This document shows, piece after piece, positions 1 through 9,795 of a stretch of 64,000 bases of DNA (positions are counted from its first letter, which is position 1; each line of letters starts with the position of its first letter). The stretch comes from an uncultured Candidatus Saccharibacteria bacterium (lineage in GTDB: Bacteria; Patescibacteriota; Doudnabacteria; UBA920): the NCBI GenBank assembly GCA_964416765.1, contig CAYQEU010000001.1:549357-613356 (forward strand), written 5' to 3'. The notes under the pieces are model-generated. The model worked only from the letters and a program-made list of their open reading frames with translations. It did no database searches and was not told where the DNA came from. Both the position numbers and the translations under genes were made by a program.

Positions 1-1170
1 CAGCATTTCGGAAACCTGGCCAAGCGAGTTACGGTCAACAGAACCTTTTTCAAGATTATCACGGCGCACGGCTTTTATCTGGCCGCCCTCAACTTCCATG
101 GCACCGACTTCCAACCGAAGCGGCACGCCCTTCAGTTCCCAGTCATTAATCCGCCGACCAAGGCTGCTGTGAAAATCCGTATCCAACTGAGCGCGGATAC
201 CCGACTGTTTCAAATCGGCCACCAGGTTGCGGGCATATTCTTCAATTTGCTTTTGGACGTTTTCATCCCTGTTAGAAAGCGCCACAACAATAACCTGGAT
301 AGGGGCAACCATTGGCGGGAGCACCAAACCAGAATCATCTCCATGGGTTAAAACCAACCCCCCAATGGAACGGGTCGAGAATCCCCAGGAAGTTTGGTGA
401 ACCGACTGCTTATCTCCCTTGTCATCAAGGTAAGAAACGCCGAAGGCCTCGCCAAAATTAGTTCCAAGGTAGTGAGAAGTCGCTGCCTGTAATGCTTTAC
501 CGTCCGGCATAATCAGTTCAATACTGTAGGTCGCGTCCGCACCGGCGAATTTTTCGTTTTCGCTCTTTAAGCCGACGTAAGGTGAAGCGGCGAAATATTC
601 TTCGTAAAACTTCCGATACCATTCCAGGGCTTCCATGACCATTGTCATGGCATCCTCTTTATCGGCATGGGCGGTGTGCCCTTCCTGCCAGAGGAACTCT
701 GAGGTGCGCATGAACGGGTAGGTTCGTTTTTCCCAGCGCACAACGTTGCACCATTGGTTAAGCTTCATCGGCAAATCACGGTGGCTGGAAATCCAATCGG
801 CAAATTTTTGGGTAATAACTGTTTCTGAGGTGGGGCGAATTGCTAGCGGCTCAGCCAGCTCTTCTCCCCCGCCGTGGGTGACAACTGCGAGTTCAGGAGA
901 AAAACCTTCAACATGCTCCTTTTCCTTTTCAAACAGGCTCATCGGCACGAACAAAGGAAAGTAAACGTTTTGCACGCCGCCTTCTTTGAACCAGGAATCC
1001 AGCACGGTCTGCGCTTTTTCCCATAGGGCAAAGCCGTTAGGGCGCAAAATCATACAGCCTTTTACATCAGAATATTCAGCCAGTTCCGCCCTTAGCACCA
1101 CGTCGTGGTACCATTCAGAAATATTCTCTGATTTCTTAGTTAAACCTTTCTTTTCAAATGCTTTTTCCAT
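1..1170 (-). CDS. proS: Prolyl-tRNA synthetase, archaeal/eukaryote-like type (3' end runs off the left edge)
   Basis: Not in the ORF track. Hand translation from ATG at 1170 gives MEKAFEKKGLTKKSENISEWYHDVV...LAIRPTSET...LNQWCNVVRWEKRTYPFMRTSEFLWQEGHTAH, the class II motif 2 of ProRS. Confidence 0.95.
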   Translation of the reverse strand, partial: MEKAFEKKGLTKKSENISEWYHDVVLRAELAEYSDVKGCMILRPNGFALWEKAQTVLDSWFKEGGVQNVYFPLFVPMSLFEKEKEHVEGFSPELAVVTHGGGEELAEPLAIRPTSETVITQKFADWISSHRDLPMKLNQWCNVVRWEKRTYPFMRTSEFLWQEGHTAHADKEDAMTMVMEALEWYRKFYEEYFAASPYVGLKSENEKFAGADATYSIELIMPDGKALQAATSHYLGTNFGEAFGVSYLDDKGDKQSVHQTSWGFSTRSIGGLVLTHGDDSGLVLPPMVAPIQVIVVALSNRDENVQKQIEEYARNLVADLKQSGIRAQLDTDFHSSLGRRINDWELKGVPLRLEVGAMEVEGGQIKAVRRDNLEKGSVDRNSLGQVSEML

Positions 1171-1171
1171 G

Positions 1172-2308
1172 TTAGCCAATAATATGTTTAAAGAGTGAAG
1201 TGGACAATACGTCACGCGCGGTAACTACAGCCATGAGGAGCAAGAGAAGGACAAACCCGACGGCATTCGCGGTCTGCTCCCATTGCGGGTTATTGCGTTT
1301 GCCCCGTATCTTTTCAATAAATAGGAACAGGACACGGCCCCCATCCAATGCCGGGATAGGCAAGCTGTTAAGCAGTGCCAGGTTAAGCGATAGGAAAGCG
1401 ACAAATTGCAGTAACGGAATAAATCCAACCCGGGCCACCTGTCCAGTTAACTGAGCTATCTTGACTGGGCCGCCAATATTAGCAAACCCTTGTCCCGAAG
1501 TAAACAAACCTACCAAACCGAGGACAATAGCTTTTAGCTGGTTTACTGAAGTAAGCAAGCCGCTCCAAATGGATTGATACCAAGGAAGGCGAAGCGTCCC
1601 CACATTCGCGAGCCCTATGCCAGTAGGACCGGAGTTCTCCGGTGGATTTGCGTTTGAATCCACGCCGATGTCCATGGTTTCATTAAGCCGTTTGATTTCA
1701 AAAATTATTTTTTCACCTTTGTGGCTGAAAATGAACTGTCGGGCTTCATCCAGGCTGGCAAATGACTGGCCGTCTATGCTCACGATAGTATCTCCAGGCT
1801 GTAATCCCGCTTGGGAAGCCGGAGATTCGGGCATAACATCAATAATCGCGACTCTGGGGCTGGTTAAAGTCCCGCCATGCGGGATACTGTCGCTTTCAAC
1901 CGCAACCGGCAGACCTACCGCATACCCAATTGAGAGCAAAACCCATGCCAAAACAAAATTCATCAATACGCCTGCCAGCAAAGTAAACAGCCGTGGGAAA
2001 AACTTTTGATTAATAAAACTCCGTGGGTTATTTTCCGCTTCGTTATTCTCCCCCAGGATCTTAACGAACCCGCCAAGCGGAATCCAGTTCAAAGAATATA
2101 TAGTAGTGTCCTGCCGAGGCGGGGTTTTGGAACCGATTACTTTCCATGCGCCGTCAACCTTTTGGAAACCGACCAGCCGGGGCGGAAAGCCAAAACCAAA
2201 CTCGTGGACTTCCATTCCACTGCGCTTGGCTACTAAAAAGTGTCCCGCTTCATGTACGAACACCAGTAAACCCAGTACGATTACGAAAATTATTATAGTT
2301 ACTATCAT
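1172..2308 (-). CDS. rseP: RIP/site-2 zinc metalloprotease RseP with PDZ domain
   Basis: HEAGH, IPLGGFVKI, PDZ-like SPASQAGLQPGD and NSLPIPALDGG motifs. Confidence 0.95.
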   Translation of the reverse strand: MIVTIIIFVIVLGLLVFVHEAGHFLVAKRSGMEVHEFGFGFPPRLVGFQKVDGAWKVIGSKTPPRQDTTIYSLNWIPLGGFVKILGENNEAENNPRSFINQKFFPRLFTLLAGVLMNFVLAWVLLSIGYAVGLPVAVESDSIPHGGTLTSPRVAIIDVMPESPASQAGLQPGDTIVSIDGQSFASLDEARQFIFSHKGEKIIFEIKRLNETMDIGVDSNANPPENSGPTGIGLANVGTLRLPWYQSIWSGLLTSVNQLKAIVLGLVGLFTSGQGFANIGGPVKIAQLTGQVARVGFIPLLQFVAFLSLNLALLNSLPIPALDGGRVLFLFIEKIRGKRNNPQWEQTANAVGFVLLLLLMAVVTARDVLSTSLFKHIIG

Positions 2309-2856
2309 TAAATGGTCATTAATTCTTGTTCCTTGTCTTCAGCGCCGGTTTTAATCTTGGCGTTATAGTCATCGACGGCATCCTGTAGCTTCTTCTGCTC
2401 GCGGGAAACATCATCCTTGGTCAAATCCCCATCGCTTTCCCCTCTCTTCAATTCTTTCATTACTTCTTCGCGTACCTGCCGCACTCCAATGCGCGCGTTC
2501 TCCGCCATTTGCCCGACAAGCTTTACCATTTCTTTCCGGCGTTCTTCAGTTAGCGGAGGTAAATTGATACGAATAACATTGCCGTCGTTGCCCGGAGTGA
2601 AACCCAGATTGGCGGCAATAATTCCCTTTTCGATTTCCTGAATTTGGCTCTTGTCCCATGGACTTATCGTGAGAGTCTTGGCATCGCTTACCGTAACAGC
2701 GGCTACCTGCTGAAGAGGGACTTTCGTGCCATAGCTTTCTACCATAACTGTAGCGAGCAGAGCCGGATTGGCGCGCCCCGTACGGACACTGCCCAATTCA
2801 TGGTGGAAGTGTTCGATTACCTTTTCAAAATTTTCCTTGTATTGCTGTATATTCAT
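2308..2856 (-). CDS. frr: Ribosome recycling factor
   Basis: VRTGRANP, PPLTEERRKEMVK and KEQELM motifs. Confidence 0.97.
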   Translation of the reverse strand: MNIQQYKENFEKVIEHFHHELGSVRTGRANPALLATVMVESYGTKVPLQQVAAVTVSDAKTLTISPWDKSQIQEIEKGIIAANLGFTPGNDGNVIRINLPPLTEERRKEMVKLVGQMAENARIGVRQVREEVMKELKRGESDGDLTKDDVSREQKKLQDAVDDYNAKIKTGAEDKEQELMTI

Positions 2857-2865
2857 AAAAATTAA

Positions 2866-3930
2866 TTATTGATTAGATACTCCCGCGTATACCAACTGTG
2901 TATTACTGGGGTTTACCAAAAGAGCGCTTACCGGGATCTTAGAATTCGAGTTTTGTGTTTGCCACGAGTAACCCCCGTCCGTGCTTTTATATATAGTAAG
3001 GCCTACAGCCGTATATACCAAACTGTCATTGTTGGGGGAAGTTGCCAGAGCTCGGATTTCGGCCTGCTGGTCCTGCACCGGCAAAATCAGGCGGCTCCAA
3101 GTAGAGCCCTGGTCAAGGCTGCGGAACAAGCCGTTGTTGGTTGCAAGGTAAATTGCTCCTGAGCCCACGGCAAACGTGTTATAGCTTCCAACATTGGAAA
3201 AAGCGGAAAGAAAAGGTATACTGGATGAATTTTCCCCCGTTTGCCCGGTTGTGTTGGTAAAAGTTTGCCCGTCCGCTGACTTAAACATTCCCCGATTGTG
3301 GATTAGCACCAAAAGTGATCCGCTGAACGATTTAATCCCGGTTACCCGGCTTTGGAAATTTTGGACCAGTTTCCAGCTCAAACCACCGTCGTCGCTTCGA
3401 ACTATGTTTCCATCGTTCATGCCAATGTATACCCGCTGTGACGTTTCCGGGAGCACAACCTGAACGGCGTTGCCGGAGGTCGCTTCGTTGTAAATCTCCT
3501 GCCAAGTTTTACCTGCATCCCTAGTTACCAAAACCCGTCCATGGTTAGTGGAGATTCCGGCGGCGTAGATAATATCAGCGTTGCTAGGGTCAAACGCAAA
3601 ATCCATAATACTGAACTTGCTGAGAATTTGGTTCCAGGTCGTCCCCCCATCTTCCGAAACGTACATGCCGTTGTCATAACTAGAAGCATAAACCACATCA
3701 GGAGCACCGGGCTTAAATTTTAGCGCGGAAATACTGGCTGACCCAATGCTAGCCTGCTTAGAATCTTTCATGTTGTCGGAAAACTGCCAGTCCGTACCGC
3801 CATTGGCTGAGCGGAGCACGCCGGCCCCCTGGACTTTACCGGAACCTAAAAAGATATCACAACCGGCTCCCATGGTGGCGATAACAGTTAAGACCAAACC
3901 TATTTTTGCAATTTTGGTAAAAATATTCAT
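2866..3930 (-). CDS. Putative lipoprotein, BNR/Asp-box beta-propeller (YCF48/WD40-like)
   Basis: Signal peptide ending MGAG-C; repeated S-x-D-G-G-x-[ST]-W Asp boxes. Confidence 0.75.
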   Translation of the reverse strand: MNIFTKIAKIGLVLTVIATMGAGCDIFLGSGKVQGAGVLRSANGGTDWQFSDNMKDSKQASIGSASISALKFKPGAPDVVYASSYDNGMYVSEDGGTTWNQILSKFSIMDFAFDPSNADIIYAAGISTNHGRVLVTRDAGKTWQEIYNEATSGNAVQVVLPETSQRVYIGMNDGNIVRSDDGGLSWKLVQNFQSRVTGIKSFSGSLLVLIHNRGMFKSADGQTFTNTTGQTGENSSSIPFLSAFSNVGSYNTFAVGSGAIYLATNNGLFRSLDQGSTWSRLILPVQDQQAEIRALATSPNNDSLVYTAVGLTIYKSTDGGYSWQTQNSNSKIPVSALLVNPSNTQLVYAGVSNQ

Positions 3931-4748
3931 AAGAGCAATCGTTGTAAAACTAATTTTTTGTTTAAGTTTGAACGGAGAAGTCCCAAAGCATCAACGGTCT
4001 TTCGCATCGCCAGGCTGAAGCCCGGTTCTGTTGCAAGCTGACTGCGTTGTTTCGCAAGCAAAAGCATAAGAACTTCGCGCAAGGTTTCCGTGTCTTCACT
4101 GCCTAATTCCGAAATTGTTAATAGCTTGTCAGCAGTGGGCGCTGTTGCCGCTTCCGCTAGCCGCTTTGACCAAGCCATAGCCTGGACCAATCCTTTGCCA
4201 TTCTTAGCGAGCTCTATCAATTTTGCCGGGGAACCCGAGGCGAGCGTAAACATTTCATCGGTAACTTCTAGCCCCCTCTCCGTCGCAAAACCTTTCAGGT
4301 CAGCGGAACTGAGGCGGTTAAACGGTATGACACGGGTACGAGACAGTACGGTGGGGACAGGCTGGCGGGAACTGATTAAAACTAAAATTGTACTGGGAGT
4401 AGGTTCTTCCAGGGTTTTCAGCATTGCGTTCTCGATTGCCGCGTTGGCCAAATCAAAATTGTTCAGCACCGCTACTTTTTTCTCACCTGCCAAGGGCTTG
4501 GAAGAAACGAGCGATAAAAACTCCCTTATGCTCTGAACGGAATTACTGTCTTCATTGGCCAGATCAAGCTCCAACAAGTCTACCACTTTACCATTCAATA
4601 TCTGGCTGGCAAATTCGCCCGCAACCAAACGCTTCCCGACACCCTGAGGACCGTAAAACAAATAGGCATGCGCGAACTGACCATTTTTAAACTGGTCAGC
4701 TAATTGCTGCCTAGCAGGTTTGTGTCCAAAAATGGGGTTTTTTTCCAT
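3927..4748 (-). CDS. holB: DNA polymerase III delta-prime subunit
   Basis: HAYLFYGPQGVGK, NAMLKTLEEP and PTVLSR motifs; the usual Cys zinc module is absent. Confidence 0.88.
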   Translation of the reverse strand: MEKNPIFGHKPARQQLADQFKNGQFAHAYLFYGPQGVGKRLVAGEFASQILNGKVVDLLELDLANEDSNSVQSIREFLSLVSSKPLAGEKKVAVLNNFDLANAAIENAMLKTLEEPTPSTILVLISSRQPVPTVLSRTRVIPFNRLSSADLKGFATERGLEVTDEMFTLASGSPAKLIELAKNGKGLVQAMAWSKRLAEAATAPTADKLLTISELGSEDTETLREVLMLLLAKQRSQLATEPGFSLAMRKTVDALGLLRSNLNKKLVLQRLLL

Positions 4749-4801
4749 GAAAATGGTGTTTTTACCCTAAAATTATACCATTTTCGGACGCTTACTCAAA
4801 G

Positions 4802-5158
4802 TTATTTATTGGAATTGCCGGGGGTTTTAGGGGCAGTCCCCAGGTCTACCTCATTGCTGTAGTAACCCTGGCTCTCACCGTTGGAATTATTGGTAGCTTT
4901 GTTGGTATTAGCATTGCCGTTTTTATTCGTGTTGGCTTGGGCGTTGGAATTATTGGCGTTGCTTATGTTTGACTGGATATTTTGGTTCAACGCGTTGTTA
5001 ACAGGGAGCGGATTAGTGTTGTCGGGGGTCCCACTGTCAGCGTTTTCCAGATTCGTTTCTACCACGGGAACTTGGGTTTGGCTTTTACCATAAATATATA
5101 ACCCAACCAATGAAATAATGAGTATGGCAAGGATTATATATAAAACTTTGTTTTTCAT
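4802..5158 (-). CDS. Small membrane-anchored protein with Asn-rich disordered tail
   Basis: Basic N-terminus, one TM helix (VLYIILAILIISLVGLYIY), then an Asn-rich low-complexity region; ATG at 5158 chosen as start. Confidence 0.65.
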   Translation of the reverse strand: MKNKVLYIILAILIISLVGLYIYGKSQTQVPVVETNLENADSGTPDNTNPLPVNNALNQNIQSNISNANNSNAQANTNKNGNANTNKATNNSNGESQGYYSNEVDLGTAPKTPGNSNK

Positions 5159-5206
5159 TTGTTTCAAATTAATGCCGATGTTATTCTACCCTCGAATTAT
5201 ACACCC

Positions 5207-6094
5207 ATGCCCAAAACAGTTGAAGCCAAGCCTAAAATACTAGTTATAGTTGGTCCCACCGCAAGCGGAAAAAGCGAATTAGCCGTTAAACTAGCCAAAA
5301 AAATTAATGGTGAGGTACTGTCTGCCGACAGCAGACAAGTTTACCGTCTCTTAAATATCGGAACCGGTAAAGTTAAAGGTAAATTCAAGGGTACGCCGCG
5401 CGGGGAAGCATATATGTATAAAGGCGTACCTCATTATGGAATTGATATAGCAGATCCCAAACGCCAGTACTCAGTAGCCCAATTCCAACGATACTCAAAG
5501 CGGGTAATTGCCAATATATTGAAACGCGGAAAGTTGCCGATCGTGTGCGGTGGTACCGCGCACTGGGTTGACGCTGTGGTATACCAACAAAATTTTCCGG
5601 CTGTGAAGCCAAACTTGGCTTTAAGAAAAAAGCTGGAGAAACTTCCGGCGGAAAAGCTGTTCGCGAAACTGGAAAAACTGGATGCCCGGCGCGCAAGCGT
5701 AATTGACCGGCATAACAAGCGCCGGCTCGTCCGGGCGCTGGAAATTATTGACGCTACCGGCGAAACGGTTCCTCATCTACTGGAAGAATCCCCCTATCAA
5801 GCAACCTGGCTGGGCATCAGAACTGACATGGAAGGATTGCGAAAAAATATCAGAGAACGGCTAAACAAGCGAGTTAAACAGGGGATGTTTAACGAAGTAC
5901 AAGGTCTCCGCGGCAACGGGTTGTCCTGGCAGCGGTTATGGGACTTAGGGCTTGAGTACCGGTGGTGCGCGGAATATTTGAAAGGTAATTTGTCAAAATC
6001 TGATGCCCTTGAAAAATTGGAGACCGAAATCAACAAATACGCCAAGCGCCAAATGACCTGGTGGAAACGGAATAAAAAAATTGAATGGGTTTAA
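5207..6094 (+). CDS. miaA: tRNA dimethylallyltransferase
   Basis: GPTASGKS, SADSRQVY, IGTGK and YAKRQMTW motifs; ATG at 5207 preferred over the upstream TTG. Confidence 0.96.
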   Translation: MPKTVEAKPKILVIVGPTASGKSELAVKLAKKINGEVLSADSRQVYRLLNIGTGKVKGKFKGTPRGEAYMYKGVPHYGIDIADPKRQYSVAQFQRYSKRVIANILKRGKLPIVCGGTAHWVDAVVYQQNFPAVKPNLALRKKLEKLPAEKLFAKLEKLDARRASVIDRHNKRRLVRALEIIDATGETVPHLLEESPYQATWLGIRTDMEGLRKNIRERLNKRVKQGMFNEVQGLRGNGLSWQRLWDLGLEYRWCAEYLKGNLSKSDALEKLETEINKYAKRQMTWWKRNKKIEWV

Positions 6095-7599
6095 CCATTC
6101 AATTTTTTTCTGAGCAATTCATTTACCACTTGGGGGTTTGCCTGTCCTTTCATTTCTTTCATTACCATTCCCACTAGGAACCCGAAAGATTTTTCCTGGC
6201 CCGCTTTGTAGTCGGCTACCGCTTTTTCGCTGGCGGCAATGACTTTGTCCACGGCGGCTTCAATGGCACCTACATCGCTCACCTGGACCAGACCTAAATC
6301 TTGGACTATATTGTCCGGTTCCCCGCCTTTTTCGTACATCACTTTTAGTACCTGTTTACCCGCGGAGGAAGAGATTTGGCCAGCGTCGATGAGCTTTATA
6401 AGTTCAGCAAGATTTTCGGGGGTTACTTTAGAGTCAGCCGGGTTGTCTCCCGTGGTTTTAAGAAGCGCGGAGAATTCTTGCAGGCACCAGTTTGCCGCTT
6501 GTTTGACCAGCTTGTTGATGTCAGCCGGGCTGCTATCTGCGGCTATCCAGGCTTTCAGCTCACTGACTACATCTTCGAAATAGTAATTGAGTTCTTTCCA
6601 GGAAATAAGGTTTTCAATATCAGCCAATGGCAGGCCGTATTCTTCCATGAATCGTTTACGCTTCGCTTCCGGCAGCTCGGGCAAACGTCCGCGCAGGTCT
6701 TCCAAATACTCTTGAGTAAAATGCATTACGGGCAAGTCAGGGTCAGGGAAATAACGGTAGTCATTAGCTTCTTCCTTGCTGCGCTGTTCCACGGTCTGGT
6801 TGAGCTTCTCATTCCAGCCCATTGTTACCTGTTTGGGCATCTCCCCTTTTTCAAGCAATTCAATTTGGCGTGGAACTTCATAATTGATCGCGGCTTCCGC
6901 AAACTTAAAGGAGTTGATGTTTTTCACTTCCACTTTGTACTTCGGCAAAGTTTCCTCGCCTGGTTTGCGCACCGAAATATTCGGTTCGCAGCGCATAGTT
7001 CCTTTTTCCATATCTGCATCGCTGGCACCGACGTAGCGCACAATATTGCGCAATTCCTGCAGGAAAATGCGCGCTTCTTCCGCGCTTTCGATGTCAGGCT
7101 CAGTAACGATTTCTAACAAGGGAGCTCCAGCGCGGTTGTAGTCTACCAGAGAGTAAGGTAACCCTTCCGGGTGAACGTTCTTACCGGCATCCTCTTCCAG
7201 GTGGGCCCGGGTAATTCGCACGCGCTTGGTCCGCATGCCAGCTTCAGCGGTTGCATCGGGGATCTGAATATCAACATAACCCTTTTGGGCAATCGGTTCA
7301 TCGTATTGGGAAATTTGGTAACCTTTGGGCAAGTCTGGGTAGAAATAATGCTTGCGGTCGAATTTGGAGTATTCAGGAATTTCGCAGTTCAATGCCAAAC
7401 CGGCCATAACACCCAGGCGTATAGCTTCTTTATTTACCACGGGTAAGGTTCCGGGCTCAGCGGTAACAATTTCATCTATATTAGTGTTGGGACTCTTCTC
7501 GTTCGGGTCATTGGGCGCCGGGCCAAACATCTTGCTCTTTGTCGCAAGCTGGACATGGATTTCCAACCCAATAACCGGTTTGTAGCCTTTATTTTCCAT
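6091..7599 (-). CDS. gatB: Asp/Glu-tRNA amidotransferase subunit B
   Basis: IGLEIHVQL, FDRKHYFYPDLPKGYQISQ and DYRYFPDPDL motifs; start overlaps the gatA stop (TAATG). Confidence 0.97.
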   Translation of the reverse strand: MENKGYKPVIGLEIHVQLATKSKMFGPAPNDPNEKSPNTNIDEIVTAEPGTLPVVNKEAIRLGVMAGLALNCEIPEYSKFDRKHYFYPDLPKGYQISQYDEPIAQKGYVDIQIPDATAEAGMRTKRVRITRAHLEEDAGKNVHPEGLPYSLVDYNRAGAPLLEIVTEPDIESAEEARIFLQELRNIVRYVGASDADMEKGTMRCEPNISVRKPGEETLPKYKVEVKNINSFKFAEAAINYEVPRQIELLEKGEMPKQVTMGWNEKLNQTVEQRSKEEANDYRYFPDPDLPVMHFTQEYLEDLRGRLPELPEAKRKRFMEEYGLPLADIENLISWKELNYYFEDVVSELKAWIAADSSPADINKLVKQAANWCLQEFSALLKTTGDNPADSKVTPENLAELIKLIDAGQISSSAGKQVLKVMYEKGGEPDNIVQDLGLVQVSDVGAIEAAVDKVIAASEKAVADYKAGQEKSFGFLVGMVMKEMKGQANPQVVNELLRKKLNG

Positions 7600-9053
7600 T
7601 AGCGCGGACCTTTCTTGTGCCAATCAGTCACTTGCTGAAAAGCATGGCCAACATTAAACACCTTTTGTTCATCCCATTGCTTGCCCATAACCTGCATTCC
7701 TACCGGTAGGTTTTCGGAAAAACCTGCAGGGACAGAAACAGCTGGCAAACCGGCTAAAGATGAGGGGATGTTTAATTGGTCGGCGATATACCCAAACAAT
7801 GGGTCTGAAGCAGCTTTGCCCAACGGCAAAGCAACGTTAGGAGACGAAGGAGCAACCAAAACATCAACTTTTTTAAATACTTCTTCGAACTCATTCAAAA
7901 TCAAACGACGCACCTTTTGCGCTTTTTTATAGTAAGCATCGTAATAACCTGCGGACAAAACATATGTACCGGTCATAATACGACGTTTAGCCTCATCGCC
8001 GAAACCTTCGGCGCGGCTTTGCTTGTATACATCAAGAAGGCTTTGCGCTTCCTTGCTGGTGTGGCCATACCGAATGCCGTCATAGCGGGCTAAGTTGGAG
8101 CTGATTTCACTCGGGGCAACAATAGCGTAAACCAATGAACCGTATTTTGTGTTAGGCAAACTGACTTTGACCAGCTCGGCTCCCAGCTTCTCCAATTCCT
8201 TAATTCCTTCCATTACCGCTTGCTTAACCCCATCTTCCATACCCTCGACAAAGTACTCATCGGGGATACCTACTTTCAAACCTTTAATATCAGGGCTTAA
8301 ATTAGCAAAATAATTGGGTACATCATGAGGGCCGGTGGTGCCATCTTTAGGGTCTTGTCCCGAGATTACGCTGGCAATCATTGCCAAATCCTCAACTGAA
8401 TGAGCCATAGCCCCGGGGCTATCCAAAGATGAACCCATGGCGATAACACCATATCGACTAACTCGGCCATAGGTTGGTTTCCAACCCGAAACTCCGGTCA
8501 GTGAAGCCGGCTGACGAATACTCCCTCCTGTTTCCGTGGCTAATGCCCAAGGTATTAAACTCCCGGCCACGGCACTTGCCGAACCGCTCGATGAGCCACC
8601 GGGCATGCGTGTGGTGTCCCAAGGGTTTTTGGTGGCGCCAAAAGCGGAAGTTTCCCCAGAAGACCCATGAGCAAATTCATCCAAGTTGGTTTTTCCTAAT
8701 AGCACTGGCTTGTGTTCTTTCAGCTTCTTAATCACCGTGCCATCGTAAGGAGGAATGTAATTATCCAAAATTTTAGACGCGGCTGTGGAACGGATTCCTT
8801 TGGTAACAAATAAATCTTTCGCCGCGTATGGGATGCCGCACAAAACTGGGTTTCCCCCCGCTGATGCTAAATAATCATCAGCGATTTGGGCGTCCTTCAG
8901 CGCTTCTTCTTCCGTCACCGTAATAAACGCGTTTAATTCCGGGTTTTGTTCCTTAATGCGCGCTAAAAAATATTCCGTCAGTTCTTTTGACGAAACTTTT
9001 TTCTCATCCAAATTTTTGCGTAATTCCGCGAGTGTCAGTGTTTCCCAGTTCAT
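7599..9053 (-). CDS. gatA: Asp/Glu-tRNA amidotransferase subunit A
   Basis: Amidase signature PGGSSSGSA, ETGGSIRQPA and SSNLARYDG. Confidence 0.97.
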   Translation of the reverse strand: MNWETLTLAELRKNLDEKKVSSKELTEYFLARIKEQNPELNAFITVTEEEALKDAQIADDYLASAGGNPVLCGIPYAAKDLFVTKGIRSTAASKILDNYIPPYDGTVIKKLKEHKPVLLGKTNLDEFAHGSSGETSAFGATKNPWDTTRMPGGSSSGSASAVAGSLIPWALATETGGSIRQPASLTGVSGWKPTYGRVSRYGVIAMGSSLDSPGAMAHSVEDLAMIASVISGQDPKDGTTGPHDVPNYFANLSPDIKGLKVGIPDEYFVEGMEDGVKQAVMEGIKELEKLGAELVKVSLPNTKYGSLVYAIVAPSEISSNLARYDGIRYGHTSKEAQSLLDVYKQSRAEGFGDEAKRRIMTGTYVLSAGYYDAYYKKAQKVRRLILNEFEEVFKKVDVLVAPSSPNVALPLGKAASDPLFGYIADQLNIPSSLAGLPAVSVPAGFSENLPVGMQVMGKQWDEQKVFNVGHAFQQVTDWHKKGPR

Positions 9054-9331
9054 AAAATCGCTTTCACCTTATAAAATCCGTCTTTCGTTTCCGGCGCGCC
9101 GGCCAGAATATCGTCACGGTCTTCAGTACGAACCGGTTCATCTAAGCGCTGGACGTTTTCCAGTCCGGTGACGGAGCTGACGATCTCCAAATTTTCAGTG
9201 TCGACTTTCTGCAAATCCGCCACGTAATCCAAAACCGTGCTGAGCCCCTGCTGAAATTTTTCCACTTCTTCAGGGCGCAATTCAATGCGCGCCAATTCGG
9301 CTATTTTTTCAACTTCTTCTTTGCTTAACAT
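9050..9331 (-). CDS. gatC: Asp/Glu-tRNA amidotransferase subunit C
   Basis: MLSKEEVEKIAELARI...FYKVKAIL; directly upstream of gatA. Confidence 0.93.
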   Translation of the reverse strand: MLSKEEVEKIAELARIELRPEEVEKFQQGLSTVLDYVADLQKVDTENLEIVSSVTGLENVQRLDEPVRTEDRDDILAGAPETKDGFYKVKAIL

Positions 9332-9452
9332 AAGGTAATTATAGCTATTACCCGCCAAAAAATAAAGACATAATTAAAGGGCACTCGGTCGAAACTTTGT
9401 GCCCTTTTCCGTGTTCCATGATAACCTCAACTGTTTTGCCGGTTGGCAAAGA

Positions 9453-9614
9453 CTACTCGTAAGAGCCTTCGTGGTTTCCCGGCGACCATGTTCGTGGGTC
9501 ATCCGAAAGACTAGGTCTTTGCTTTTCGCCCGAGCATTCCCGGCGCTGGTTATCTTCCGTAGTGTCCGCCACTCGTTGCGGCGTTTCTTCGTGTTTCTTT
9601 TCGTTACACTGCAT
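9453..9614 (-). CDS. Possible 53-aa orphan protein
   Basis: MQCNEKKHEETPQR...NHEGSYE, preceded by AAGGAG and a consensus-like promoter at 9712-9740; no recognisable family. Confidence 0.35.
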   Translation of the reverse strand: MQCNEKKHEETPQRVADTTEDNQRRECSGEKQRPSLSDDPRTWSPGNHEGSYE

Positions 9615-9711
9615 ATCTGATACGGTCTCCTTGTTATAGCTTCCCCCTTGTTCTTTTCCTGAAATAAAAAGTAACCCGCCGATTCTCGCGGCGAGATTAC
9701 ATGTGAGAGAA

Positions 9712-9740
9712 AGTATACAATTTTCAGGCACAAAAGTCAA
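9712..9740 (-). promoter_or_regulatory. Sigma70-type promoter
   Basis: TTGACT-17 nt-TATACT on the minus strand. Confidence 0.6.
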
Positions 9741-9795
9741 GGCTTTCATTGCCAGGTCACGGGTGATATACTAACTATATAAGTAAAAATACATT

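Noticed and set aside
3927-3929. Recoded TGA (genetic code 25)
   Set aside because: TGA terminates holB, gatC, dedA and the GT4 gene at expected lengths in ATGA overlaps, and no conserved gene is interrupted by TGA.
9722-9734. 13-mer TTTCAGGCACAAA shared with 51326-51338, both in divergent promoter regions
   Set aside because: Two non-palindromic copies of an AT-rich 13-mer are within chance expectation; a genome-wide motif search would be needed.
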